Below, piece by piece: positions 36,581-46,443 of a stretch of DNA of 64,000 bases (its first letter is position 1; each line of letters opens with the position of its first letter). Source of the DNA: Clostridia bacterium (lineage in GTDB: Bacteria; Bacillota; Clostridia; Christensenellales; Aristaeellaceae); NCBI GenBank assembly GCA_036645575.1, contig JAVXNW010000001.1, forward strand, positions 11,896 through 75,895. Reading direction: 5' to 3'. The notes below the pieces were generated by a model, which did not search any database, was not told the origin of the DNA, and worked only from the letters and a program-made list of their open reading frames with translations. The translations under genes and the position numbers were made by a program.

Positions 36581-37825
36581 ATGGATCAATTGACAGCGCA
36601 GGCGACGCTGGCCCGAAGGGCCGCCATTTCCTTGGGCACGGTGAGCGCGGAGGACAAAAACCGCGCGCTTGAACGGATGGCACAAAAACTGGGCGAGGCG
36701 CGCGCGGAAATTCTGTCGGCCAACCGGCGAGACCTCGCGTCGGCCCGGGAAAAGGGGATGAGCGCGGCCTTCATCGAGCGACTGACGCTCAATGACGCCC
36801 GGATCGATCAGATGGCGCAGGGGCTGATCGAGGTTTCGCGCTTGCCCGACCCGGTTGGCACGATCCTGGCGCACTGGACGCGTCCGAACGGCCTTGCGAT
36901 CCGCAAGGTGCGCGTGCCGCTGGGCGTGATCGCGATCATCTACGAATCGCGCCCCAACGTGACGGTGGACGCGGCGGCGCTGTGCCTAAAATCGGGCAAC
37001 GCGGTCATCCTGCGCGGCGGATCGGACGCGATTCATTCAAATATCGCGCTGGCCGACGTGCTGGTTCAGGCGGCCCGCGAGGCCGGGCTTCCGGATGGAT
37101 GCGTGTCGCTGGTCGAGGATACCGCCCGCGAGACCGCAAGCCGCCTGATGACGCTCAACGGCCTGATCGACGTGCTGATCCCGCGCGGCGGAAAAAAGCT
37201 GATTCACTCGGTCGTCGAGCAGGCCACCGTGCCGGTCATTCAGACGGGCGACGGCGTGTGCCACATCTACGTAGACGGCGCGTGCGACATGGAGATGGCG
37301 GTCAATGTGGCCGTCAGCGCCAAGGTCACGAGGCCCTCCGTATGCAACGCGGCGGAGACGCTGCTCGTGGATTGCGCGATTGCGGAGCGCTTTTTGCCGC
37401 GCTGCCTGGAAGCGCTTCGAGCGCAGGGCGTGTCGGTGCGCGGCTGCGCGCAGGTGCGGGCATTGTGCCCGTGGGTCGATCCCGCGACCGAGGCGGACTG
37501 GGACACCGAGTACAACGACCTCATCTACTCAGTCAAGGTGGTGGATGGCGTCGAGGAAGCGATCGAGCACATCAACCGCCACGGCACGCGCCATAGCGAG
37601 TGCATTGTGACGCGCGACGAGCCGCGCGCGCGCGCGTTTCAACGCCTGGTGGACGCGGCGGCGGTCTATTGGAACGCGTCTACCCGCTTTACCGACGGCG
37701 GCGAGTTCGGCTTTGGCGCGGAGATCGGCATCAGCAATCAAAAGTTGCACGCGCGCGGCCCCATGGGGCTCGAGGAATTGACCACGTACAAATACGAAAT
37801 TGACGGAAGCGGACAGGTGCGCTAA
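36581..37825 (+). CDS. proA: glutamate-5-semialdehyde dehydrogenase (gamma-glutamyl phosphate reductase)
   Basis: 414 aa with VIYESRPNVTVDAAALCLKSGNAVILRGG and catalytic Cys context PSVCNAAETLLV. Confidence 0.9.
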   Translation: MDQLTAQATLARRAAISLGTVSAEDKNRALERMAQKLGEARAEILSANRRDLASAREKGMSAAFIERLTLNDARIDQMAQGLIEVSRLPDPVGTILAHWTRPNGLAIRKVRVPLGVIAIIYESRPNVTVDAAALCLKSGNAVILRGGSDAIHSNIALADVLVQAAREAGLPDGCVSLVEDTARETASRLMTLNGLIDVLIPRGGKKLIHSVVEQATVPVIQTGDGVCHIYVDGACDMEMAVNVAVSAKVTRPSVCNAAETLLVDCAIAERFLPRCLEALRAQGVSVRGCAQVRALCPWVDPATEADWDTEYNDLIYSVKVVDGVEEAIEHINRHGTRHSECIVTRDEPRARAFQRLVDAAAVYWNASTRFTDGGEFGFGAEIGISNQKLHARGPMGLEELTTYKYEIDGSGQVR

Positions 37826-37827
37826 AG

Positions 37828-38724
37828 ATGGAATCATTTATCTGCAACCAATGTCCGCGTCGCTGCGGCGCGCTGCGCGGGCAAGAGTCGCCCGGCGCGG
37901 GCGCGGGCGCGTGCCGAATGGGCGCGCGGGCTTCTGTCGCCCGCATGGCGCTGCACTTTGACGAGGAACCCTGCATCAGCGGAAAAGAAGGATCGGGCGC
38001 GGTGTTTTTCTCGGGCTGCGCGCTTCGGTGCGTATTTTGCCAAAATGAGGCCATCAGCCACGGCTGCTTTGGCGCGGAAATCTCGGACGAGCAGCTGCGC
38101 GCGGGGTTTGAAAGGTTGATCGGGGACGGCGCAAACAACATCAATCTGGTCAACCCGACCCACTTTGGCCATGTCCTTGGGCGGGTGCTGGGCGATTTGC
38201 CGGTGCCTGTCATCTGGAATAGCGGCGGGTATGAGCTGCCCGAAACGCTGAAGGGCTTTGAGGGGAAGGTGGACGTCTACCTGCCCGACCTTAAGTACAT
38301 CGATCCGATCAGCGCCCGGCGCTATTCCGGCGCGCCGGACTACTTTGCGTTTGCCGCGCCGGCGCTCAAGGAGATGCTTCGGCAAGTGGGCGGCGTCGAG
38401 CTGGATGAGCGCGGCATCATAAAGCGCGGGCTGATCGTTCGGCATTTGATCCTGCCGGGTCGCGCGCGCGAGTCCATGCGGGTGCTCGACTGGATCGCGG
38501 AAAACCTGCCCGGCGCATGGGTCAGCCTGATGGCGCAGTACATGCCCTTTGCGCAGGCGGAAAAATACCCCGAGATCAACCGGCGAATCACGCAGGAGGA
38601 ATACGATCTGGTGGCGGATCACTTGCTCGAGCTAGGACTTGAAGACGGCTATGTGCAGGAATTGGGCGCTTCGGACGAAAAATACCTCCCGGCGTTCGAC
38701 CTGACCGGCGTCACGACGCCCTGA
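37828..38724 (+). CDS. radical SAM protein, PflX-type (pyruvate formate-lyase activase-like)
   Basis: CX3CX2C motif GCALRCVFCQN, preceded by an N-terminal Cys cluster CNQCPRRCG. Confidence 0.8.
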   Translation: MESFICNQCPRRCGALRGQESPGAGAGACRMGARASVARMALHFDEEPCISGKEGSGAVFFSGCALRCVFCQNEAISHGCFGAEISDEQLRAGFERLIGDGANNINLVNPTHFGHVLGRVLGDLPVPVIWNSGGYELPETLKGFEGKVDVYLPDLKYIDPISARRYSGAPDYFAFAAPALKEMLRQVGGVELDERGIIKRGLIVRHLILPGRARESMRVLDWIAENLPGAWVSLMAQYMPFAQAEKYPEINRRITQEEYDLVADHLLELGLEDGYVQELGASDEKYLPAFDLTGVTTP

Positions 38725-38779
38725 AGCAGGGCAATGCCTCAAGCGTCGATAAAAAGACTCTGGTTTGTTATAAGATCCT

Positions 38780-38823
38780 CAATTCGACAAATTAGACGCT
38801 AAATAGAGACTTCAGTCTCGTAT
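38780..38823. terminator. long imperfect hairpin, a bidirectional terminator candidate, in an AT-rich spacer between convergent genes
   Basis: Outer stem AATTAGACGC / GCGTCTAATT and inner stem AGAGAC-TTCA-GTCTC, with T-runs on both strands. Confidence 0.5.
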
Positions 38824-39012
38824 TGCGTCTAATTTTTCGTAAATAACAGACCTTGGCCGGTTGTTTTTCACGAAAACCGGTCATAATTAAGAATGTGGTC
38901 GGTTGTTGACCGAGGCGCGGTGCCGGGCGGGATCAATGCGCCGCGCGGAACCCAAAGCGCCGGGCGGGATCAATGCGCCGGGCGCAGTCACGCCGATGCG
39001 CGGGGCGAGCGA

Positions 39013-40002
39013 TCAGGGCGCGTCCGCCTCGAGCAGGTAGTCGATCATGAGGCCATAGGCGGTGCGTCCCGATTGGCCGTTCAGGCGAAGGAAGGCGTCT
39101 AAGACGCCCGCGCGCAGGCCGGTTGCGGCGCGCTGGAAGCGAATGAGGCGGTCAAAGTCAGAAAGGACGCGTTGACTGAGCGCGCTTGTTCGCTCGGCGT
39201 AAGCAGCGGGGTCCACGTCTTTGAGCGCGTCCATCGCGTAGTAAAGGGCAAACATCGCGCCGGCATACCGGAGCGGTTGCTTGCCCAATTGCAGCGCGCG
39301 GTAGGCGATCAGGTTGGCCTCGGCCTCCGAACCGTACCCCAATTGGTGCGCGCCCTCGTGCGCCGCGACGAAGGGGAGCAGCACGCGCGCCAGATCCCCT
39401 CGCACGATCGCCTCGCCGGTCAGCGGAAAGCACACGCCCGCCAGGCCCAATTTCCCGAGCAATTCGGGATAGCGCGCCGCCTTGACGACGGGCGCGCGCC
39501 CGGTGAGCGCCGCCATCGCATCCTGCGCGGCGTCGATCAATTGGTCGCTGGTGAGCGCTGAATCGTCCATGGAGCCGGAAAGCGACTCGGCCTGCGCCAT
39601 GAGATGGTCGCACAGGTCGTAAAGCGCGCGCGGCAGGCGGCTGGGAAGCGGGGCGGGGAGCGTCTTTGTGCGCGCAATGGGCGACCACAAAAGCGTGATG
39701 GCCAGCATGCCCACGCACAGGGCGCATAGGGCCTGCCCGATGAGCCTTCGCGCGGGCAGCCAAGACCTGTCGCGCAGGCACAGAAAGCCCGCGCGAAGGG
39801 GCAAGAGGAGGACAAGCGCGCCGAGCGCAAGGTAGATCACTTCGCCCACCGGCACGTTCGTATGCGCGGTGAGTTTGCCCATGAAGGCCTGATAGGGAAG
39901 CGCGACGCGCTGAGACAGCATTCTCTGGGGCAGCAGGGTGCACAAAAGGGCCAGCGCCGCCGGCACGATGCAGGCGATCCACGTTCTCTTTTTCATCGGC
40001 AA
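39013..40002 (-). CDS. DUF3810-family membrane protein with HExxH-like motif
   Basis: 329 aa with N-terminal TM segments and the motif FVAAHEGAHQLGYGSEAEAN. Confidence 0.7.
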   Translation of the reverse strand: MPMKKRTWIACIVPAALALLCTLLPQRMLSQRVALPYQAFMGKLTAHTNVPVGEVIYLALGALVLLLPLRAGFLCLRDRSWLPARRLIGQALCALCVGMLAITLLWSPIARTKTLPAPLPSRLPRALYDLCDHLMAQAESLSGSMDDSALTSDQLIDAAQDAMAALTGRAPVVKAARYPELLGKLGLAGVCFPLTGEAIVRGDLARVLLPFVAAHEGAHQLGYGSEAEANLIAYRALQLGKQPLRYAGAMFALYYAMDALKDVDPAAYAERTSALSQRVLSDFDRLIRFQRAATGLRAGVLDAFLRLNGQSGRTAYGLMIDYLLEADAP

Positions 40003-40131
40003 CGCCTCCCTTTCAGCCTATGATGGGCTTCGCTTTATTATCTCAAATGCAAAACTCAATTGCAAATGTATTTTATGGTATCGATTTAACATTGAATGGG
40101 TATAATAGAAGCCTATTGGAGGAGGGATAAC

Positions 40132-41541
40132 ATGAGTCAACCGATCAAACTTGACGTGAATAACATGATGGCTGATATCATTGGCGCGCGTGGCATTTCG
40201 CGTGTTTCGCTAGAAGAGATGGACCACAACCTGCAGAAAGCCCATCAGGCGGTCGAGGCGAAGCGCGGAAAGGGCATGCAGGGCTGGATGGATCTAGCGT
40301 ACAACCAAGATGAAATCGTCTCGCAGCTCACCCAGACAGCGGCGCGTGTGCGCGAGCAATTCGATGCCTTTGTCGTTCTGGGCATTGGCGGAAGCGCGCT
40401 TGGCCCGGCCGCAGTCCATCAGGCGCTTTGCCATTTGCATTACAACGAGCTGCCCAAGGAGAAGCGTGGCGGCCCGAAACTGTACATCGAAGACAACATC
40501 GATCCCGAGCGCATGGCGGCGCTTTTGGACGTGATCGACCTGAAGACCACCTGCTTTAACGTGATCACCAAATCGGGCGGCACGGCGGAGACGATGAGCC
40601 AATACCTGATCGTGCTGGACGCGCTCAAGGCGGCGGTCGGCGACGACTACAAGCGCCACATCATCACGACCACGTCTGAAACCAAGGGCTTCCTGATCCA
40701 AATCGCGCAGCGCGAGGGCTACGAGACCTTCTACATCCCGGACGGCGTGGGCGGCAGGTTCTCGGAATTGTGCCCGGTCGGCCTTCTGGCGGCGGCGGTA
40801 TGCGGAATCGACATTGCGGAAATGCTTGCGGGCGCGCGCGAAATGGACGAGCGCTGCAAGACGGCCGACACGGCGAAGAACCCGGCGCTTCTCGAGGCGG
40901 GGCTCATGTTCCTGTCGATGAAGTGGGGCGCGAACATCTCGGTCATGATGCCCTACGCCGATTCGCTCAAGTTGATGAGCGACTGGTATGCGCAGCTTTG
41001 GGCGGAGAGCCTGGGCAAGAACGTGACGCTCACCGGCGAGCGCGTGAACGTCGGTCAGACCCCCGTCAAGACGCTGGGCGTGACCGATCAGCACTCGCAA
41101 TTGCAGCTGTACACCGAAGGCCCGTATGACAAGGTGCTGACATTCCTCAAGGTGGAGCACTTCCGCGCCGAAACCAAGATCCCGCATGGCATCGACGACA
41201 TCGACACCATTGCGTTCTTGGGCGGCAAGACCCACAACCAGCTGATCGAGGCGGAGCGCCGCGGCACCGAGTACGCGCTGTATCGCTCGGGGCGGATGAG
41301 CCAGACGATCACGCTGGATGAAGTCAACGCCAATACGGTCGGGCAGCTGCTCTACTTCTTTGAATTGGTGACCGCCTATACCGGCGCGCTGCTGGGCATT
41401 GACACGTTCAACCAGCCCGGCGTCGAGGAGAGCAAGGTCGCGGCGTATGCGGTGATGGGCTTTGAAAGCGAAAAGCACAACCTCAAGCGCGAAGAGATGA
41501 AGACCAAGCCCGCGCCCAAGGATCGATATATTCTGGGGTGA
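40132..41541 (+). CDS. pgi: glucose-6-phosphate isomerase
   Basis: ATG 40132 follows GGAGGAGGG. Motifs VVLGIGGSALGP and GGRFSELCPVGL. ~469 aa. Confidence 0.9.
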   Translation: MSQPIKLDVNNMMADIIGARGISRVSLEEMDHNLQKAHQAVEAKRGKGMQGWMDLAYNQDEIVSQLTQTAARVREQFDAFVVLGIGGSALGPAAVHQALCHLHYNELPKEKRGGPKLYIEDNIDPERMAALLDVIDLKTTCFNVITKSGGTAETMSQYLIVLDALKAAVGDDYKRHIITTTSETKGFLIQIAQREGYETFYIPDGVGGRFSELCPVGLLAAAVCGIDIAEMLAGAREMDERCKTADTAKNPALLEAGLMFLSMKWGANISVMMPYADSLKLMSDWYAQLWAESLGKNVTLTGERVNVGQTPVKTLGVTDQHSQLQLYTEGPYDKVLTFLKVEHFRAETKIPHGIDDIDTIAFLGGKTHNQLIEAERRGTEYALYRSGRMSQTITLDEVNANTVGQLLYFFELVTAYTGALLGIDTFNQPGVEESKVAAYAVMGFESEKHNLKREEMKTKPAPKDRYILG

Positions 41542-41706
41542 TTTGCCATTGGACCCCAAAGCCTCTCTGCCCATGCGGCGGGGAGGCCCTTGTTTTTGGC
41601 ATAATTTTATTGGACGAGAATCCAGGCAAGCGACTTGCCCTTGCGTCTAAGCGATTGTTGAGGTATAATTGACGCATCGTGATTATGGGATAATGAGGGA
41701 TGACGC

Positions 41707-42537
41707 ATGGCCATTCGAATGATCGTGGCGGACATGGACGGGACGCTTTTGAATTGTGAAAAGCAGATTTCCGCGCGCACGCAGCAGGCGGTGCGCGCGG
41801 CGATTGCGCGGGGCGCGCTGTTTGTGCTGAGTTCCGGGCGCATGCCCGAAGCGATGCTGGGCTACGCGCAGCAGTTGTCGGTCAATGCGCCGATGATCTG
41901 CTTTAACGGCGCGATGACCTACGACTGCGCGCGGCGAAAGGTATGCGGGCAGTTCGCGCTTTCGCGGGACGACGCCCGCGCGATCTGCCGCGTCGCGGAG
42001 CAGATGGGGAAATACGTCCAAGGGTTTTGGGAAGGCACCTACTATTACGAGGCATATACCGACAAGAGCCGCCTGTACGCGGAAAAATGCGCGGTCACCG
42101 GCCGTGCGGCGGGGAAAAAACTGTCTGAATTTATCCCGGGCGACGTGTTCAAGGTGCTGCTGATCGTCGAAGCGGGCGAGATGCCGGGCGTTGTGCGCGC
42201 GCTGCGAAGCGAATTGGGCGAGCGGGTGACATTTGCCCCGTCGAGCGACACGTTTCTGGAGTGCGTGGCCAAGGGGGTCAACAAGGGGGCGGCATTGCGC
42301 GCGCTGGGCGCGATGCTGGGCGTCGCCCCGTCGGAAATGCTCGCCTTTGGCGACGAGGCAAACGACCTGCCGATGCTCGAGCAAGCGGGGTACGGCTATG
42401 CGATGGCCAACGCCAGCGAAGCGATTCGCCGAAGCGTGCGCTATGTGGCGCCGGCCAACACCGAGGACGGCGTGGCGCAGGTGATCGAGCGCTACATCGA
42501 AAGTGGAGAGATCACACCGAAGGAGGTGCGCAATTGA
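41707..42537 (+). CDS. Cof-type HAD-IIB family hydrolase
   Basis: Motifs MIVADMDGTLL, SSGR and FGDEANDLPML. Confidence 0.85.
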   Translation: MAIRMIVADMDGTLLNCEKQISARTQQAVRAAIARGALFVLSSGRMPEAMLGYAQQLSVNAPMICFNGAMTYDCARRKVCGQFALSRDDARAICRVAEQMGKYVQGFWEGTYYYEAYTDKSRLYAEKCAVTGRAAGKKLSEFIPGDVFKVLLIVEAGEMPGVVRALRSELGERVTFAPSSDTFLECVAKGVNKGAALRALGAMLGVAPSEMLAFGDEANDLPMLEQAGYGYAMANASEAIRRSVRYVAPANTEDGVAQVIERYIESGEITPKEVRN

Positions 42538-43475
42538 TTCGTGAAGCGGATTTTGTCAAGGCGCTTGACCTTGACGTGCAACTGCCGGGCGCGACGGGCG
42601 AGATCAACCTGGAATCGAGCGACATCAACCGCCCGGGGCTTCCGCTGTCCGGCTATTGGGAGCACTTTGCCTACCTGCGCCCGCAGGTGATCGGGACGGT
42701 CGAGATGGGCTACATGAGTTCGCTGTCGCCCGAAGTGCTGGAGGAGCGACTGGCGAAGTTCTTTGGCTATCCCATCCCGTGCGTCATCGTGTGCCACGGC
42801 ATGGAATGCCTGCATGAGATGGTCAACGCGGCCAAGGCCAACGGCGTGCCGGTCTATTCGACCCGCGAGGAGACCACGGTGCTCGTGGTGAAGCTGATTA
42901 ACTACCTAAACAACCAGCTGGCGCCGCGCATCACCCAGCATGGCGTGCTGATCGACGTGTTTGGAAGCGGCGTGCTGATCACGGGCGAGAGCGGCGTGGG
43001 CAAGAGCGAGACCGCGCTCGAGCTCATCAAGCGCGGGCATCGCTTGGTGGCGGACGACGTCGTTGAGATCAGGCGGGTGTCCAACGACCGCTTGGTCGGC
43101 GAGGCGCCGGACATGATCAAGTACTTTATGGAGATTCGCGGCGTGGGCATCATCGACATCTCGACGATGTTTGGAATCGGCGCGGTCATTCGCTCCAAGT
43201 CCATCGACATGGTGGTGCATTTTGAATTGTGGAAGGGCAATGTCGAGTACGACCGGCTGGGGCTTGATGAAAATTACGAGGACATTCTGGGCGTGCAGGT
43301 GCCCAAGCTGGTCATTCCAATCAGGCCGGGGCGCAATCTGGCGGTCGTCTTGGAGGTGGCCACCCGCAACCAGCGCCTCAAGCAAAACGGCTTTAACGCG
43401 GCCAAGAAGCTGGACGACCGGTTGCGCGAGCAGGCGCTTCGGATGATGGGCGAGGAGAGGGGCGACGAGATGTGA
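42534..43475 (+). CDS. hprK: HPr kinase/phosphorylase
   Basis: TTG 42534 follows AAGGAGG and overlaps the upstream stop. Walker A GESGVGKSE and the LVADDVVEI motif are present. 313 aa. Confidence 0.9.
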   Translation: MIREADFVKALDLDVQLPGATGEINLESSDINRPGLPLSGYWEHFAYLRPQVIGTVEMGYMSSLSPEVLEERLAKFFGYPIPCVIVCHGMECLHEMVNAAKANGVPVYSTREETTVLVVKLINYLNNQLAPRITQHGVLIDVFGSGVLITGESGVGKSETALELIKRGHRLVADDVVEIRRVSNDRLVGEAPDMIKYFMEIRGVGIIDISTMFGIGAVIRSKSIDMVVHFELWKGNVEYDRLGLDENYEDILGVQVPKLVIPIRPGRNLAVVLEVATRNQRLKQNGFNAAKKLDDRLREQALRMMGEERGDEM

Positions 43476-44416
43476 GGCGGATCGGCATTGACCTGGGCGG
43501 CACGGGGATCAAGGTGGGATGCGTAAGCCAGCAGGGCGAGATCCTGAGCAAGGTGTCCTGCCCGACGCTGGCCGAGCGCCCCTACGAGCAGGTGATCGAC
43601 GACATGGCGAACCTAGCGCGCGCGGCAGCGGCGCAGGCGAACGTGGATTTTGCGGACATCGCCTCGGTGGGCGTGGGCATTCCGGGCGTGGAGGACGTGC
43701 GCACAGGCCTGGTTCCGTTCTGCAACAACCTGGGCTGGCGCGACGTGCCGCTTCGGGCGGCGCTCAAGGAGCGGCTGGGCAAGCAAGTCTATGTCGCCAA
43801 CGACGCGACGGTCGCGGCGCTGGCCGAGCACGTCGCGGGCGCGGGCAAGGGCTACGACAACCTCGTGCTGATCACGCTGGGCACGGGCGTTGGCGGCGGC
43901 GTGATCCTAAACGGCGAGCCGTTTGTCGGCGCGCACGGCGTCGCCTCCGAGGTCGGCCACATGACCATTCAGATGGACGGCGTCCTGTGCAACTGCGGAA
44001 ACCGCGGCTGCTGGGAGCGCTATGCCAGCGCGACCGCGTTGATTCGCGAAGGGCGCGAGGCGATTAAAAGCGCGCAGGGCAGCATGATCGTCCGGGCGGT
44101 CGATGGCGATCCCGACAAGATCACCGCCAAGACCGTGATCGATTGCGCCAAGGCGGGCGACCCCGTGGCGGTCAGGCTGTTTGAGGAGTATGCCTATCAC
44201 GTGGGGCTGGGCTTGGCCAATTTGGTCAGCGCCTACGACCCCGATATCTTCCTGCTGGGCGGCGGCGTGTCCGCGGCGGGCGATTTTTTGCTGGACGAGG
44301 TGCGCAAGACGCTCAAAAAGCGGGTGTTTTATCAGGACATGCCCTATGCCAAGGTGGAACTTGCGATTCTGGGCAACGACGCGGGCATCATCGGCGCGGC
44401 CATGCTGCGCGGGTGA
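43472..44416 (+). CDS. glcK: ROK family glucokinase
   Basis: GTG start overlaps the hprK stop. Motifs IGIDLGGTGIKVG and ROK zinc motif CNCGNRGCWE. Confidence 0.85.
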   Translation: MRRIGIDLGGTGIKVGCVSQQGEILSKVSCPTLAERPYEQVIDDMANLARAAAAQANVDFADIASVGVGIPGVEDVRTGLVPFCNNLGWRDVPLRAALKERLGKQVYVANDATVAALAEHVAGAGKGYDNLVLITLGTGVGGGVILNGEPFVGAHGVASEVGHMTIQMDGVLCNCGNRGCWERYASATALIREGREAIKSAQGSMIVRAVDGDPDKITAKTVIDCAKAGDPVAVRLFEEYAYHVGLGLANLVSAYDPDIFLLGGGVSAAGDFLLDEVRKTLKKRVFYQDMPYAKVELAILGNDAGIIGAAMLRG

Positions 44417-44518
44417 GATGCGCAAGAAGGCGCGAAAACGCGCGGCGGCGCGGCGATATTGCACGGATGAGGGCGGAAAAAATGACGCAACGCGCGCGGG
44501 CGCGACGAGGAGGTTTGT

Positions 44519-46270
44519 ATGAAAAAGATATTGGGGCTGTCCCTTGCGGCGATGCTGGCGGTGATGCCAACGGCCGGCGCGCAGGAAATCGACTATCAGC
44601 AAAAGTCGCTGGAGGATTTAAAGCAGATCATCGCGGGGGCGGAGGACGCGATCGCCAAGAACTACACCGTGACATACGAAGACTCGGCTGCGCTGTGCGA
44701 CTTGACCAAGCGCTCGGTCGAGGATCTGCTCGCGGGCGGGCAGGTTAGCTGGGCCAAGTTCGACTGGATGTACGAGCGCAACCAGCAATTGCTGACCGTG
44801 ACGACCAACGTCTACTTGAAAAAGGACGGACAGACGGGGCAATACCCGGTGACCGCGCTGTTTGACGACAGCGGAGATAACTACGAGCAGCTCTATTTGC
44901 AGGTGGGCGACAATGTGGTGATGGACAAGCGACTGCGCGACGCGGAGGCGACTGCCGCATTGGCGCCGGAGCTTACACCGGAACCGACGCCAGAGGTTAC
45001 GCCGGAGCCGACGCCGGAGCTGACGCCCGAACCGACGGTCGAACCGACGGTCGAGCCGACGGTCGAGCCGACGCCGGAGGTTACGCCGGAGCCGACACCG
45101 GAACCGACGGTCGAGCCGATGCCGGAGATGATTGCGGAGGCGACAGAGGTTCCCGTGGCCAGCGTGGTGGCTTGGGATAACGAGCCCGTCACGGCGTCAG
45201 CGCTGCCGACGGTCGAGCTTACGCCGGAACCGACGCCGGAGCTTACGCCGGAACCGACGCCCGAACCGACGCCGGAACCGACGGCTGCGCCGACGCCGGA
45301 ACCGACGGTTGCGCCGACGGCTGTGCCGACGGCTGTGCCGACGGCTGCGCCTGACGACGACACCGTGGTGATTGCGACGCTCAAGACAAAGGGCGAAGCG
45401 GTGACGCAGCTTCAAACCGCGCTCATCCATCTGCGGTATCTGGAAGGCACGGCGGACGGCATATTTGGCGAGAAGACGCGCGACGCGATCAAGGCATTTC
45501 AGGCCGATCGCGGCATGGAAATCACCGGTGTCGCGACGAAGCGCCTGTTTACGGCGATCTGCGACGCGGCAAGCGGCGACGCGCCCGCGCTTCTCGCGCC
45601 GGTTGCGCAGGATCTGTTGCTTGCGCAGGTGGGCAGCAAGGGCGACACGGTCAAGGACATTCAAAAGATGCTCGTCACGCTGGGCTTTTTAAACGAAAGC
45701 GCCGACGGCTACTATGGCGACAACACCCAAGCGGCCGTTCGAAATTTTCAGGCGGCGCAGGAGGTTTCGCAGACCGGCAGCGTGACGCAGGGTCTCTTCA
45801 ACAAGATGAAACAATTGACGAGCAAGGGCGAGATCGCGGGCTACGAGACGTTTGTGACCGTGTTTAACGCGTCAGAGAGCGTCGCGAACCCGGACGCGGA
45901 CGTGACGCTGCCCATTGAGGAGATCCCATCGACAGGCGCGACGTTTACCTACGCGCTGGACACTTACGTGGACGTGACGATGGTGGTCAACGGCGGACGC
46001 GGCCTCGAGGGCGTGACGATCGAGGGCAAGCTGGACGGCTTTGCCGAGGCGGAAAATTCGGTGATGAACGCGTTTTCCGCAGCGCTGACCGGCTGCGGGA
46101 AGGTCAACGACCTGTCCGGCACCAAGGTATTTCTCGAGAAGATCGGCGCATACAAGGGCGCGCTGAGCGAGAGCGGCGTCGGCGCGATGACCGAGGACGG
46201 CGTTGCCTTTACGTGGAGTGGAAACGGCGAAACCGTGAAGCTCGAGATCGCGCTGGAGAAATACGAGTAA
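44519..46270 (+). CDS. secreted protein with Pro/Thr/Glu-rich linkers and two peptidoglycan-binding (PG_binding_1-like) domains
   Basis: Signal peptide MKKILGLSLAAMLAVMPTAGAQE. Two (TPEPTPE[VL])n / (EPTV)n blocks lie at nt ~44960..45360. Two G.KG..V..LQ..L domains are present. The N- and C-terminal domains are unknown. Confidence 0.7.
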   Translation: MKKILGLSLAAMLAVMPTAGAQEIDYQQKSLEDLKQIIAGAEDAIAKNYTVTYEDSAALCDLTKRSVEDLLAGGQVSWAKFDWMYERNQQLLTVTTNVYLKKDGQTGQYPVTALFDDSGDNYEQLYLQVGDNVVMDKRLRDAEATAALAPELTPEPTPEVTPEPTPELTPEPTVEPTVEPTVEPTPEVTPEPTPEPTVEPMPEMIAEATEVPVASVVAWDNEPVTASALPTVELTPEPTPELTPEPTPEPTPEPTAAPTPEPTVAPTAVPTAVPTAAPDDDTVVIATLKTKGEAVTQLQTALIHLRYLEGTADGIFGEKTRDAIKAFQADRGMEITGVATKRLFTAICDAASGDAPALLAPVAQDLLLAQVGSKGDTVKDIQKMLVTLGFLNESADGYYGDNTQAAVRNFQAAQEVSQTGSVTQGLFNKMKQLTSKGEIAGYETFVTVFNASESVANPDADVTLPIEEIPSTGATFTYALDTYVDVTMVVNGGRGLEGVTIEGKLDGFAEAENSVMNAFSAALTGCGKVNDLSGTKVFLEKIGAYKGALSESGVGAMTEDGVAFTWSGNGETVKLEIALEKYE

Positions 46271-46443
46271 ACAGACTTTGGTTTGAATAAGGCACATACG
46301 GCGGGGCGATAAACGGAACATGGTCTGTTTATCGCCCCGCCGCATGGATGAGGCAGTTATTCCAAGCGCGATTGCGCGCAAAATCGCCTTGACAGCGGGC
46401 GGGCGCGGCTCTATAATCAAAAAAGAATTTTCGGAAGGGGGGT

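Noticed and set aside
38893-39102. 69-aa ORF in the AT-rich spacer running into the 3' end of the DUF3810 gene
   Set aside because: It overlaps the convergent gene, its composition is driven by the 22-bp GC-rich direct repeats, and it has no RBS.
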